Shown piece by piece: positions 50,877 to 60,569 of a stretch of 64,000 bases of DNA. Made by a program: the position numbers and the translations under genes. The stretch's first letter is position 1. Each line of letters opens with the position of its first letter. This DNA is from an uncultured Anaerolineales bacterium (GTDB taxonomy: Bacteria; Chloroflexota; Anaerolineae; Anaerolineales; UBA11858), in NCBI GenBank assembly GCA_964618295.1, contig CAZTWV010000001.1, positions 9,435 to 73,434 of the forward strand, written 5' to 3'. The notes under the pieces were generated by a model that worked only from the letters and a program-made list of their open reading frames with translations, had not been told where the DNA came from and made no database searches.

Positions 50877-52255
50877 ACACTCCAATGCTCTGGATCGGAG
50901 TTCCCCTGCTTGTTGCTCTGGCCATGCTGGTTCTACTGAGAAATAAAACATTATTAAGATGGCTAGGATCCAGCACCACTATTATTCTGGCATTTTCAGC
51001 CTGGCTGGTTCCAATTGAATCTGATTTTCGCTTCCTGTTCTGGGATATCAGGCTGGAAGATCAATTATTGGTATTCGGCCGCCGTTTTGTATTGGGTAAC
51101 CTGGATCGACCTTTGATAGTTTTTTTATTCCTGGTCGCCTTTTTCTGGTTCTTTATTCTTGATCTGGAAGTTGTGCCTGTGCAGCTAATCCCGCTTGGTT
51201 TAGCAGGATTCGTGTTGATCTTAACGAGCTTTGCAGTAGAGCCGATTTTCTATGGCGCTCTATTTTTGGGTTTTTTAACTCTGGTATTCACAATTTTACT
51301 TTCACCTCCCGGGCATCCGGTGACCCCTGGAGTATATCGATATTTAATAACTCAAATTCTGGGGATAATTTTTATTCTGTTTGCTGCCTGGTTGGCGAGC
51401 TGGGTTGATTTTGATCCTGGAGAAAATGTCCTGCTGCTCCGTTCAGTGATTATTCTCAGTTTAGGGTTCTCAATTCTGCTGGCAGTATTTCCATTTACAA
51501 GCTGGATCTTGATGATCAGTGAGCGGAACCACCCGTATCTAAGTGGGTTTGTATTGAATGTATATCTAATCGGGGTAGTTGTATATGCTTTGAGATTTAT
51601 TACTGATCCGGGATGGATTCAGCCGATAGGAAATATTCAGGGACCTTTTCAAACAGCTGGGGTGCTGATGGTGGGGATAGGGGCGATTTCCGCAGTTTTT
51701 TCCAATCATCTCGGTCGAGTTCTGGGTTCTTCAGTTACTGCAGCCGTAGGGCGCTGGTTGTTAGCCATCAGCTTGATTGACCAGGGAAATGATTTGTTGT
51801 TTGGTTTGATGATAATCCAGACCCTGGGGGTTGCCCTGACTTCCCTCGCGCTGAGTTTATTGAACCAATTGGTACCGGATCTGGATTATGACTCTGTCAG
51901 GGGAGCGGGAAGGCTGTGGCCTGGCATCGCTGTCGGTATAGCGGTCGGATTATTCAGTACTGCTGGATTCCCTCTGATCGGCGGTTTCCCGCTGTACTGG
52001 GAACTCGGATCCCAGCTTAATGATCAATCAACCTGGACAGCTGCCATTTATTTTCTCGGAAACCTCGGATTGATTCTGGCCGGGATCAGGGTGTTAGCTG
52101 TACTTTCCAGACCAACTGACGGTGAATTGGTATTGATAGTTGGCAGCCGATTTTCCCAGGCGGCAATTATCATTATCAGTATATTTTTGTTGATTCTGGG
52201 TCTGATTCCCAGTTTGCTGCAGCCGGGGTTAAACCTCCTGGCAAATGTATACTAA
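50873..52255 (+). CDS. Polytopic membrane protein, diverged NuoN/MrpD-like antiporter-type subunit
   Basis: FPFTSWILMISERNHPYLSGFV versus canonical PFHxWLPxAxxxAPTPVSA. AVFSNHLGRVLGSSVTAAVG versus QxDxKRLLAYSSIxHxG. STAGFPLIGGFPLYWEL versus LSLAGxPPLxGFxSK. The start is TTG 50873 (overlapping the stop, TTGA) or ATG 50885. Confidence 0.45.
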   Translation: MNTPMLWIGVPLLVALAMLVLLRNKTLLRWLGSSTTIILAFSAWLVPIESDFRFLFWDIRLEDQLLVFGRRFVLGNLDRPLIVFLFLVAFFWFFILDLEVVPVQLIPLGLAGFVLILTSFAVEPIFYGALFLGFLTLVFTILLSPPGHPVTPGVYRYLITQILGIIFILFAAWLASWVDFDPGENVLLLRSVIILSLGFSILLAVFPFTSWILMISERNHPYLSGFVLNVYLIGVVVYALRFITDPGWIQPIGNIQGPFQTAGVLMVGIGAISAVFSNHLGRVLGSSVTAAVGRWLLAISLIDQGNDLLFGLMIIQTLGVALTSLALSLLNQLVPDLDYDSVRGAGRLWPGIAVGIAVGLFSTAGFPLIGGFPLYWELGSQLNDQSTWTAAIYFLGNLGLILAGIRVLAVLSRPTDGELVLIVGSRFSQAAIIIISIFLLILGLIPSLLQPGLNLLANVY

Positions 52256-52313
52256 TTCAATCCTCCTCAAGCTTCAGAAACAAGCGCCGCGAAAGTGGAA
52301 TCAATCGCTCTCG

Positions 52314-52322
52314 TGCTATAAT
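52314..52322 (+). promoter_or_regulatory. Extended -10 promoter element for the coiled-coil protein gene
   Basis: TGcTATAAT at 52314-52322, about 40 nt upstream of the ATG at 52362. The -35 is weak (GTGGAA). Confidence 0.45.
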
Positions 52323-52361
52323 CGGATTGCTTGGTTGGACTACATATCAGGAGTAATATTC

Positions 52362-53540
52362 ATGGATAACGATCAAATCCTGAAGAAGATTGAATGGCTG
52401 GATGAAGAACGCAGAAAAGATAAAGAAAGAATCAAAGACCTGGAAAAAAACATTCTGGCATTGGAAGGAAAGCTGGATGGAGCAGAGAAAGGGGTATCAA
52501 AATTAGATGGTGATTTGACCAGGATCAGGACCTCAATAGCCAGAGTTGATGATTTTGAGGACTCCCTTGCAGATTTTCATGTCAAGTTGAAAAAAGACCG
52601 AAATGAAATTGAATCGGATCTGAAATCATGGATTGAAGATGCCAAGAAAGTCCTCCGAACCCAGATCCAGGGAGTGGAATCCCAGATGAAATCAATCCAG
52701 GGGGATTTAAAACAGCTTAAAAATCTTGAAAAAGAGATGGACACCCGGATTAAGGAAGATGCTAGAATCGATCAAAAACAGACCGAGATGGATCGGACTA
52801 TCAAGGAAATTGAAAGAGAGACTGCTGAGCTGCTTCGCCAGGCAAAACTGGCAAATGAGGCCAGACAAAAAGAGCTCAAACAATTGTCTGATATTCAGGG
52901 TGAGCATACTGCCCTCCGCAAACGGATGGATGAACAAAGTGGGAAGCTGGACCTGGTAAATTCAGATTACCAAAAAATCCAAAACAGACTGGAAGGATTA
53001 GAAGGTTTGCGGAGAGAACTTCGCAAAGATCAAGAAGCTTTTATGGAAGAGACCGCTCTCCGGTTTGCTGAAAGGGATAACACCTGGAAGTCCTGGGAAT
53101 CCAGATTCGATAAGGTGGAATCTCAGTCTGAAGCACTGGAAGAGAAAATATCCCAGATTGATGCTACCCACCGGGACGTAAAGCGGATGCAGAAAGAAAT
53201 CTCGGATATTTCAGAATTGTTGGATCGGCGGGTGAATGAAATCACGGAGATGCAGCGTCTTGCAGAAGAACGATTTAGAAATGAGTGGTCGATTTTTACA
53301 GCTGATGATCAAAAACGCTGGACAAATTATACTCTTTCCCAGAAAGAACAATATAAAGATCTGGAGCGTTTGTTAACGAAAACAGATAACCGTCTTGAAC
53401 CGTTAGAAGACAGCTATCAGGAAGTCCAGGATCATGTCACTCAGCTGACCAGGGTTACTGAGAGCAATATTCAGGCTTTACTGGATCTGGTTCGGGATTG
53501 GGCACTGGAGTATGAAAGGGTGGTCGAAGAGCGGCGCTGA
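52362..53540 (+). CDS. Hypothetical coiled-coil protein (392 aa, no TM)
   Basis: Continuous heptad-like, K/E/D/L/Q-rich sequence. Start set to MDNDQILKK (ATG 52362), preceded by CAGGAG. The track start at 52245 overlaps the preceding membrane gene. Confidence 0.6.
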   Translation: MDNDQILKKIEWLDEERRKDKERIKDLEKNILALEGKLDGAEKGVSKLDGDLTRIRTSIARVDDFEDSLADFHVKLKKDRNEIESDLKSWIEDAKKVLRTQIQGVESQMKSIQGDLKQLKNLEKEMDTRIKEDARIDQKQTEMDRTIKEIERETAELLRQAKLANEARQKELKQLSDIQGEHTALRKRMDEQSGKLDLVNSDYQKIQNRLEGLEGLRRELRKDQEAFMEETALRFAERDNTWKSWESRFDKVESQSEALEEKISQIDATHRDVKRMQKEISDISELLDRRVNEITEMQRLAEERFRNEWSIFTADDQKRWTNYTLSQKEQYKDLERLLTKTDNRLEPLEDSYQEVQDHVTQLTRVTESNIQALLDLVRDWALEYERVVEERR

Positions 53541-53585
53541 AATCTGGCGGGGTGAGAAAAAATAATCAGAATCCTGGAATAAATT

Positions 53586-55475
53586 ATGTTTGTGATTGGA
53601 ACAGCCGGGCATGTGGATCATGGAAAGTCAACCCTGATTGAAGCGATAACTGGCACACATCCTGATCGCCTTAGTGAAGAACGCGATCGGGAGATGAGCA
53701 TTGTCCTGGGGTTTGACACATTTCAGCTGCCGGATGGAAAAGAAATCAGCGTTGTGGACGTTCCCGGGCATCGGGATTTCATTGAAAATATGCTGTCTGG
53801 GATTGGAGCAATTGATGCAGCCTTGCTGGTGATTGCCGCAGATGAAGGGGTGATGCCTCAAACCCGGGAACATTTGGCGATCCTTGACTTGCTGGAAGTT
53901 GATTGTGGGGTTGTTGCTCTGACTAAGGTTGATCTGATTGACGATCAGGAATGGGTTGAACTGGTTGAAATGGAAATCCAGGAAATTCTCTCCTCAACAG
54001 CACTTCAATCGGCGAAGATTGTGCCTGTTTCCTCCAAAACCAGGAAAGGAATCGGACAGCTTCTGGAAGAGCTGGCACGAATTCTAGACCAAAAGCAGCC
54101 CAGACCGGACTTAAACCGGCCCCGGCTTTCAGTGGATCGTGCTTTTCTTGTTTCTGGATTTGGAACTGTTGTTACCGGCACATTGCTGGATGGAAGTTTT
54201 CAGGTTGGAGATGAGGTGATAATCCTCCCCAAAAAAATCAAAGGCCGAATTCGGGGTTTGCAGAATCATAATCAGAATGTAGAGCGAATTCAACCGGGAT
54301 CCAGGGCGGCTGTGAATATCTCAGGAGTGGATGTCAATTATATTGAACGGGGAGATATGATCGCTCATCCTGGTGATTATGAGACCACTGGAAGATTCAC
54401 GGTACGTTTTCGATATCTCGCTGACCTCGAAGATCCAATTGAACATAACACTGAAGTCAAGATTTTTATCGGGGCGGATGAGGCTGAGGCCAGAGTGCGG
54501 CTGCTGGGGAAAGAGAGACTTCAGCCCGGTGAAACGGGTTGGCTCCAGCTGGAGACAAAGGATCCAATTGTGGCTCTGCGGGGCGATCATTATATTCTCA
54601 GAAGACCGTCACCTTCGCAAACACTGGGTGGGGGAATAGTAATTGAACCAAACACACCTTACCGCTATAAACGTTTCGATCAAGAGGTCCAAAACAGGCT
54701 GGAGTTAATGGCGCAGGGCTCTCCTTACGATGTCATCCGTCAGATTCTGGAGTCGGAAGGAATCTTGAATCGGGAAGATTTGTTGTTTAAGTCCAGTCTT
54801 CCAGAAGATGTTTTTCAGAATACGGTCCAGGAGTTAAAAGTCGATAATTTAGCTGTGGGGATCGCTGGAAAGGGAAAAGAGGATTATTTAATTTCTATCC
54901 GCGCCGAATGGGAAAATGCCCGTTCAAGACTGGTAAACCAGATCCTGGATTATCACCAAAATTATCCGCTCAGGGCCGGAATGCCGAGAGAGGAGTTGAA
55001 AAACCAATCCGGTCTGAAGACGGATGTGTTTGAGCTTGTGATTTCAGATCTGGTTGATGCGGGTGAAGTTGAGCAGCGAGGACCTCTGGTCAGGGAAAAA
55101 GATCATCAGGTGAAGTACAACGCTGACCAGAAAAGCCTGATTGAAAAGAATCGACAGAAATTTGAACTAAATCCTTTCACTCCCCCTCCGGTAAGTGAGT
55201 GCCGAGAATTTCTTGGAGATGAGCTGTATGAGTCCCTAGTAGCGCAAGAAGAACTGATATCTCTTTCGAATGAGGTGGTCTTCCTGCCGGAGACTTATCA
55301 GGAAATGATCGACCGGGTCAGGCAATACATCAAGGACAAGGGCTCGATTACCGTTGCAGGGACCAGGGATTTATTTCAGAGCAGCCGGAGATATGTGCTG
55401 GCTTTCCTGGAAGACCTGGATGAGCAAGGGGTCACGATCCGGGAGGGGGATCAGCGCCGGCTTCGGAATGATTGA
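53586..55475 (+). CDS. selB: Selenocysteine-specific translation elongation factor SelB
   Basis: GTPase motifs AGHVDHGKSTL, DVPGH, LTKVD. EF-Tu-like domains II and III. A ~250-aa C-terminal extension with winged-helix-like repeats, and a total length of 629 aa as in bacterial SelB. Confidence 0.85.
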   Translation: MFVIGTAGHVDHGKSTLIEAITGTHPDRLSEERDREMSIVLGFDTFQLPDGKEISVVDVPGHRDFIENMLSGIGAIDAALLVIAADEGVMPQTREHLAILDLLEVDCGVVALTKVDLIDDQEWVELVEMEIQEILSSTALQSAKIVPVSSKTRKGIGQLLEELARILDQKQPRPDLNRPRLSVDRAFLVSGFGTVVTGTLLDGSFQVGDEVIILPKKIKGRIRGLQNHNQNVERIQPGSRAAVNISGVDVNYIERGDMIAHPGDYETTGRFTVRFRYLADLEDPIEHNTEVKIFIGADEAEARVRLLGKERLQPGETGWLQLETKDPIVALRGDHYILRRPSPSQTLGGGIVIEPNTPYRYKRFDQEVQNRLELMAQGSPYDVIRQILESEGILNREDLLFKSSLPEDVFQNTVQELKVDNLAVGIAGKGKEDYLISIRAEWENARSRLVNQILDYHQNYPLRAGMPREELKNQSGLKTDVFELVISDLVDAGEVEQRGPLVREKDHQVKYNADQKSLIEKNRQKFELNPFTPPPVSECREFLGDELYESLVAQEELISLSNEVVFLPETYQEMIDRVRQYIKDKGSITVAGTRDLFQSSRRYVLAFLEDLDEQGVTIREGDQRRLRND

Positions 55476-55498
55476 GACAAAGCGGTTTATCTTGACTG

Positions 55499-57088
55499 TT
55501 AGAAACTTCTAAAAACCCATTTTCCCCCAACCATGGCTGCAGATGGTTTAATTTCAGCCAGGCTTTCCGGTTCAATATTAAAGGGGTTTTGATCCAGTAC
55601 TATGAGATCTGCCCAGGCTCCAGGCTGAATTACACCCTGGGTGTTTGCTCTCTGGGCTGCTCTGGCAGGATTCTTTGTATAAGCAAGCAAACTTTCCTGC
55701 AGCGTGAGGCGCTGCTCCGGATTCCAGCCTGTGGGACCTGGATCTCCAGCAGTTGTTTGCCGGGTGACCGCTGCATGGATTCCCAGAAACGGATTGGGAG
55801 ATTCTACGGGTGCGTCAGAACCAAAGATCACCTGGGCACCGGCGTTCAGCTGAGTTTGGGGGGCATAGGAAAATACGGTCCGCTCACCCCAGAACTTATC
55901 GGCCATTTCCATATCTGAAGTCGCATGAATTGGCTGCATAGAGGCGATAATATCTAGCTCTCCTAGCCGACCGGTGTCTTCAGGTGCCAGACATTGGACA
56001 TGTTCGATGCGGTGGGGAAGGGGGTTTCTTCCCAGCGCTAATTCCAGTTTCCGGATTGATTCCAGAGCATTGAGCACTTCCCGGTTAGCATGGTCCCCGA
56101 TAGCATGGACTGCCAGAGACAGGCCACCCTCCACGGCTTTTCGACCCAGCTGCTCGATTTCTGATTCAGTCAGCAGCAGCATACCATATTGATCCTCAGA
56201 TCCCTCATAAGGTTCGAGCATGGCTGCGGTTTGTGGTCCCAGAGCCCCATCAGCAAATATTTTCACACCCCCGATCCAGAGCCATTCACTGCCAAATCCG
56301 GTAGTCAGTCCGATTTCCAGGATATCATCCAGTGCTTCGACCGGGATGCTTTTGAGGACCCTCAGCCCTAGTTTTCCTTCTCGTTCTAGAAGCTGGAGTG
56401 CTGAAAAACAAATCCTGCGATCAAAATCATGCACGCCTGTCAGACCCATCTTCCATAACTCTAACTGGGCTTTTTTGATTGCTTCTGCGCTTTCAGCGGT
56501 TCCCGGGATGGGAAGAATATCCTCAACAAGGCGGACCGCACTTTCGTAAAGGATCCCGGTGGGCTGACCATCTCCATCACGGCCAATAGTACCTCCCGGG
56601 GGATCAATTGTGTTGTGATCAATACCAGCCAGCTCCAGAGCTTTTGAGTTTGCCCAGGAGGCATGGAGCGATTTTGCAGTTAAATAGACCGGATGATTGG
56701 GGGCAGCCAGGTCCAGTTCAGAAGAGTTTCCATATCCAGTATCCCAGATATTTTGATTCCAACCATGTCCCAGGATCCATTCCCCAGGATTCTTTTCACT
56801 GGCTAACAGCTGAACCCGTTCAAGGCAGTCTGCTTTGGTTTGGGTTTGACAATCAATCCGCTGTAAATTAAGAGCAAATTTTCGGAGGTGGAGATGAGAA
56901 TCAATCAGTCCGGGCAGCACAGTCCTGCCGTTCAAGTCAATCACATTTTCTGCAGAAAGACCGCTGATATCTGCCTTTTCGAGGTCCAACTGCCGGATGG
57001 TTCCATCCTGGATCAGGAGAGATTTGGATGGTGCGTCAGGGGATTCTGAATTCAGAATCCAGCCGTTATGTAAAAAATATGAATTCAT
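55499..57088 (-). CDS. Amidohydrolase family protein (YtcJ-like, amidohydro_3)
   Basis: LPGLIDSHLHL metal-binding HxH, AVHAIGD, IASMQPIH, and FGSDAPVE are the typical set for the YtcJ-like metal-dependent hydrolase family. Confidence 0.8.
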   Translation of the reverse strand: MNSYFLHNGWILNSESPDAPSKSLLIQDGTIRQLDLEKADISGLSAENVIDLNGRTVLPGLIDSHLHLRKFALNLQRIDCQTQTKADCLERVQLLASEKNPGEWILGHGWNQNIWDTGYGNSSELDLAAPNHPVYLTAKSLHASWANSKALELAGIDHNTIDPPGGTIGRDGDGQPTGILYESAVRLVEDILPIPGTAESAEAIKKAQLELWKMGLTGVHDFDRRICFSALQLLEREGKLGLRVLKSIPVEALDDILEIGLTTGFGSEWLWIGGVKIFADGALGPQTAAMLEPYEGSEDQYGMLLLTESEIEQLGRKAVEGGLSLAVHAIGDHANREVLNALESIRKLELALGRNPLPHRIEHVQCLAPEDTGRLGELDIIASMQPIHATSDMEMADKFWGERTVFSYAPQTQLNAGAQVIFGSDAPVESPNPFLGIHAAVTRQTTAGDPGPTGWNPEQRLTLQESLLAYTKNPARAAQRANTQGVIQPGAWADLIVLDQNPFNIEPESLAEIKPSAAMVGGKWVFRSF

Positions 57089-57093
57089 AAAGG

Positions 57094-57972
57094 TTAGAGT
57101 TCCTGGAGGCGATCCAAGAGGGTATTAAATTCTTCCGTGGAATAGTAATGAATGGTGATGGAACCCTGGCCCTTTTTGTTTTGTTTAAGGCGGACTTTTG
57201 TGCCCAGCGAGGATTGCAGATCTTCTTCCAGGGCTTTTAGTTCCGGAGATTTTCCCTGTTTCTTGGGCGGTTTTTTTGTTTTTGTCCCTTTGAGATTTTT
57301 GACCAGTTCTTCGGTCTGTCTGACATTCAGATCTTTTGTCAGAATTGTCTGGAGGGCTGCAGTTTGAGCCTCGAGAGTATCCAGTGCAAGCAAGCTTCGG
57401 GCGTGCCCCATGCTGATTTGACCTTTTCTGACTGACTGCTGGACAACATCAGGAAGGTCAAGCAGCCTTAAAATATTGGTCACCGCGGTTCGGCTTTTCC
57501 CTACTCGCTCACCAATTTCCTGATGGGAGAGGTTAAATTCAACTGCTAAATTCTGATAGGCAGAAGCGGTTTCCAGAGGATTGAGGTCTGCCCGCTGCAC
57601 ATTCTCAATCAAAGCAACCAGCAGGCGGTTTTCAGAATCTGCATCTCTCAAGATCACGGGAACAGACTCCAGTCCTGCGAGTTTTGCTGCCCGGAGCCGC
57701 CGTTCTCCAGCAATCAGGGTGTAGTGATCCTCTTTTCCTTCATCCTCTGAAATTACCAGGGGCTGAATGATGCCGTGTTCCTTGATTGAGGCAGCCAGTT
57801 CTTCCAATTTTGTTGGGTCGAAAACCCGCCGCGGCTGATGAGGGTTAGTTGATATTGTTTCCAGGGAAACTTCCAGGATCCCAGCAGCTGAAACACTGTC
57901 CGGTAGATCATCTTGCTGGGACGGGATTAATGCGTCAAGTCCTTTTCCAAGGCCGGGTCGTCTTTTTGCCAT
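57094..57972 (-). CDS. parB: Chromosome partitioning protein ParB/Spo0J
   Basis: GLGKGLDALI, GIIQPLV, LIAGERRLRAAKLAG, ALIENVQRADLNPLE, and HTH SHQEIGERVGKSRTAVTNILRLL. Confidence 0.92.
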   Translation of the reverse strand: MAKRRPGLGKGLDALIPSQQDDLPDSVSAAGILEVSLETISTNPHQPRRVFDPTKLEELAASIKEHGIIQPLVISEDEGKEDHYTLIAGERRLRAAKLAGLESVPVILRDADSENRLLVALIENVQRADLNPLETASAYQNLAVEFNLSHQEIGERVGKSRTAVTNILRLLDLPDVVQQSVRKGQISMGHARSLLALDTLEAQTAALQTILTKDLNVRQTEELVKNLKGTKTKKPPKKQGKSPELKALEEDLQSSLGTKVRLKQNKKGQGSITIHYYSTEEFNTLLDRLQEL

Positions 57973-58036
57973 AATGATATCTTTTGATTAAACAGTACGA
58001 TATATAGTGTTTGATTAAAATTCCGAGTTGGACGTA

Positions 58037-58822
58037 TTATACCTCAGGAACATTTCCTTCATCCTGGAGAAGAATTTCATGGGCGAGATTCAGATATGCT
58101 TTTGCACCTTCAGATTGGGGAGCATATAGTGTGATCGGAACACCATAGGAAGGGGCTTCTGCCAATCGAATGGACCTCGGGATAACTGAATCGAAAACCT
58201 TGCCGGGAAAGAATCTTTTAACCTCATTCACCACGTCCTGCGCCAGGTTTGTTCTGCCGTCATACATGGTCATAATTACTCCCCGGACAGCAAGGTCCGG
58301 TGCTAGAACGCGTTGGACCCGGTTGATGGTCGAAATTAACTGCCCCAGTCCTTCCATTGCCAGGTATTCACATTGGACTGGAATCAAAATCCCGTCTACA
58401 GCTGTAACCAATCCATTCAGCGTCAGCAGTCCCAGGGATGGGGGGCAGTCGACAAGGATATAGTCATAATCAGGCTTCAAATTCGCCAGCTTTCTTTTCA
58501 GCAGAGTTTCTCTTCCAACTTCATTAACAAGTTCTATTTCCGCGCCTGCCAGATCTGGAGAGGCTGGAAGCAGTGATACTTTTAACCGGGGATTGTGGAG
58601 GATGTAATCCTGGATGTTATCTTCGTCCAGAATGGCTTGATAGGTTCCTCCCTTGATTTCGTTTTTTTCCACTCCGAGGGAAGATGTGGCATTTGCCTGA
58701 GGATCAATGTCAACCAGGAGAACCTTTTGGTCGTAATGGGCCAGATATGCACCTAAATTGATCGTGGTCGTTGTTTTGCCTACACCGCCTTTTTGATTAG
58801 CGATGGTGTATATTTTTCCCAT
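58037..58822 (-). CDS. parA: Chromosome partitioning ATPase ParA/Soj
   Basis: Deviant Walker A IANQKGGVGKTTT, DIDPQANAT, ILVDCPPSLG. Confidence 0.92.
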   Translation of the reverse strand: MGKIYTIANQKGGVGKTTTTINLGAYLAHYDQKVLLVDIDPQANATSSLGVEKNEIKGGTYQAILDEDNIQDYILHNPRLKVSLLPASPDLAGAEIELVNEVGRETLLKRKLANLKPDYDYILVDCPPSLGLLTLNGLVTAVDGILIPVQCEYLAMEGLGQLISTINRVQRVLAPDLAVRGVIMTMYDGRTNLAQDVVNEVKRFFPGKVFDSVIPRSIRLAEAPSYGVPITLYAPQSEGAKAYLNLAHEILLQDEGNVPEV

Positions 58823-58826
58823 ATAG

Positions 58827-59675
58827 TTAATTTGCCTTTTCTATACTTTTGATCACTGATGGTCCCGGAACTCCCGCTAAACCTTTCCTGCTCACGGACC
58901 AGGATCCTAACATCACTCCCATCCGGATAGATTCCTGGAGGTCCTTACCCCGCAGGTAATAATTGATCAGGAAACTTGCCGCAAAAATATCACCAGCACC
59001 TGTGGGATCAATTTCCTGGGCTTCCGGGGCTGCCAGATCTCCTTGCAATTCTCTCTGAAAATATGTCACACCTGCGGACCCTTTAGTCAGCAGGACCAAT
59101 GGGAAACGAGCCTGAACTGCTTCCAACCAGGATTCCTGTCCACCAATGTCTTCCAGGCTTAGAAAGGCAGCCGCATCGGGTGTCACTGTGTCCTGAAATT
59201 CGGGGAGTGGAGAAGGATAGATGGTCCCTTTCTCATCCCATTTTCTCAACCAACCCTGGAGGCTGAAGCCCAGGATACTGTTTGGGAAATCATCCCGTCC
59301 AGGAAACGGCACTTCCTGGGCTACCGGTGCCAGATGGATAATGGGGGTTTGCTTCCACTTATCCGGAATAATCTGGAAAGTGATGTCTGCAGCCCTCTGC
59401 TTCAATATCTGCCTGCGACCAGCATTCGTGTAGCGATTTTCAAAAACCGTGCTGGTTTTGGAAGGAATTTGGATAATTTCAATCCCACTCAGGTGGCTGA
59501 GGTCATCCTCCTGTTTTCCGGCTGTGATGATTCCCACTTCTAGCCCCATAGCCTGTGCTGTGAGTGCGCTGTAAGCAGCGGTACCCCCTGGTAGGGGTCC
59601 CCGGGAAGTGAGATCTGTTGTTAAGTGTCCGATAATCAGGTAGTCAATGGGTGCCTGATTCACCTTAATTCTCAT
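58827..59675 (-). CDS. PfkB-family carbohydrate/nucleoside kinase
   Basis: The C-terminal DPTGAGDIFAASF (PfkB signature 2) and N-terminal GGTAAYSA fit the ribokinase-like fold. Substrate unknown. Confidence 0.75.
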   Translation of the reverse strand: MRIKVNQAPIDYLIIGHLTTDLTSRGPLPGGTAAYSALTAQAMGLEVGIITAGKQEDDLSHLSGIEIIQIPSKTSTVFENRYTNAGRRQILKQRAADITFQIIPDKWKQTPIIHLAPVAQEVPFPGRDDFPNSILGFSLQGWLRKWDEKGTIYPSPLPEFQDTVTPDAAAFLSLEDIGGQESWLEAVQARFPLVLLTKGSAGVTYFQRELQGDLAAPEAQEIDPTGAGDIFAASFLINYYLRGKDLQESIRMGVMLGSWSVSRKGLAGVPGPSVIKSIEKAN

Positions 59676-59736
59676 AGCTGAATTATACCTGATAGAACGG
59701 GTTCCTCTAAAAGGGAATTACCGCTTAGTAGAGCTG

Positions 59737-59769
59737 AAAACAAAAGGGCACGGATTAAGATCCGTGCCC
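59737..59769 (-). terminator. Rho-independent terminator after jag
   Basis: Minus strand: GGGCACGGA-TCTTAA-TCCGTGCCC followed by TTTTGTTTTC, about 25 nt after the jag stop. Confidence 0.85.
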
Positions 59770-59793
59770 GAAAATCCAAGAAAAAGCCTGAGT

Positions 59794-60516
59794 TTATTCT
59801 TTGGGATGAATGACGACTTTCCGGTGAGGGTCGCTTCCTACACTTTCGGTGTAGACATCCGTCCGATCCTTCAGTTCCAAATGAGCAAAGCGCCGTTCAT
59901 TGGCTGGCATGGGTTCCAGTGCCTGGTGGCGGTGAGTGTCTGCAACTTGATCTGCAACCCGGGTGGCCAGCTGGCGGACCTGATTTTCTCGCCGCTTGCG
60001 GTATCCTTCAACGTCAATAGTCAAAGGCACGCCTACTTCCAGTTCTTTGCCCATAATCAAACGGGTAATGTACTGAAGCGCATTTAAAGTGTTTCCACGC
60101 CGCCCGATTAATACACTGAGATCATTCCCGGTGATCTCAACGAGCATTGGGCGGACAGGAAGGTGTTCAACGACCTCTCCGTAGGTTGCTTTTACATCCG
60201 CTGTCAAATTCATGTTTTCCAGCAAATCATTGACAACTTCCTCTGCTAGCATGAGGATTTCCTGATCGTCATCCGTTGAGATTGAGTGGCTGGGTTTGTT
60301 TTCGGCAGGTTCTGTTTCTTGATCTTCAGGGGATAAGACTGAAATCCGGACCCTAGCCTGCCGGGAGCCAATCCCGAGCATTCCACCTGGATTCCCTTCG
60401 TCCAGGACAGTAATTTCCACTGCCTGACGGGGTAATCCCAGATCTTCCAATCCTTTTTCAACTGCTTCATCAATTGTTTCAGCAATAACTTCCAGTGTTG
60501 CACGTTGAGTATTCAT
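59794..60516 (-). CDS. jag: Jag/KhpB RNA-binding protein (Jag_N, KH, R3H domains)
   Basis: Jag_N (EVIAETIDEAVEKGLEDLGL), KH region (IGRRGNTLNALQYI), R3H (LEPMPANERRFAHLEL). The position after yidC is the conserved synteny. Confidence 0.88.
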   Translation of the reverse strand: MNTQRATLEVIAETIDEAVEKGLEDLGLPRQAVEITVLDEGNPGGMLGIGSRQARVRISVLSPEDQETEPAENKPSHSISTDDDQEILMLAEEVVNDLLENMNLTADVKATYGEVVEHLPVRPMLVEITGNDLSVLIGRRGNTLNALQYITRLIMGKELEVGVPLTIDVEGYRKRRENQVRQLATRVADQVADTHRHQALEPMPANERRFAHLELKDRTDVYTESVGSDPHRKVVIHPKE

Positions 60517-60569
60517 AAGACCTCTTCAATCCCCAAATTAATGTTCTTATCCATTCCAACCGTCTGAAA

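Noticed and set aside
57973-58036. Searched the parA-parB region and the rest of the window for a parS site (TGTTNCACGTGAAACA).
   Set aside because: I found no 16-bp palindrome of that type by eye. A pattern search allowing 2-3 mismatches should be run before concluding that it is absent.
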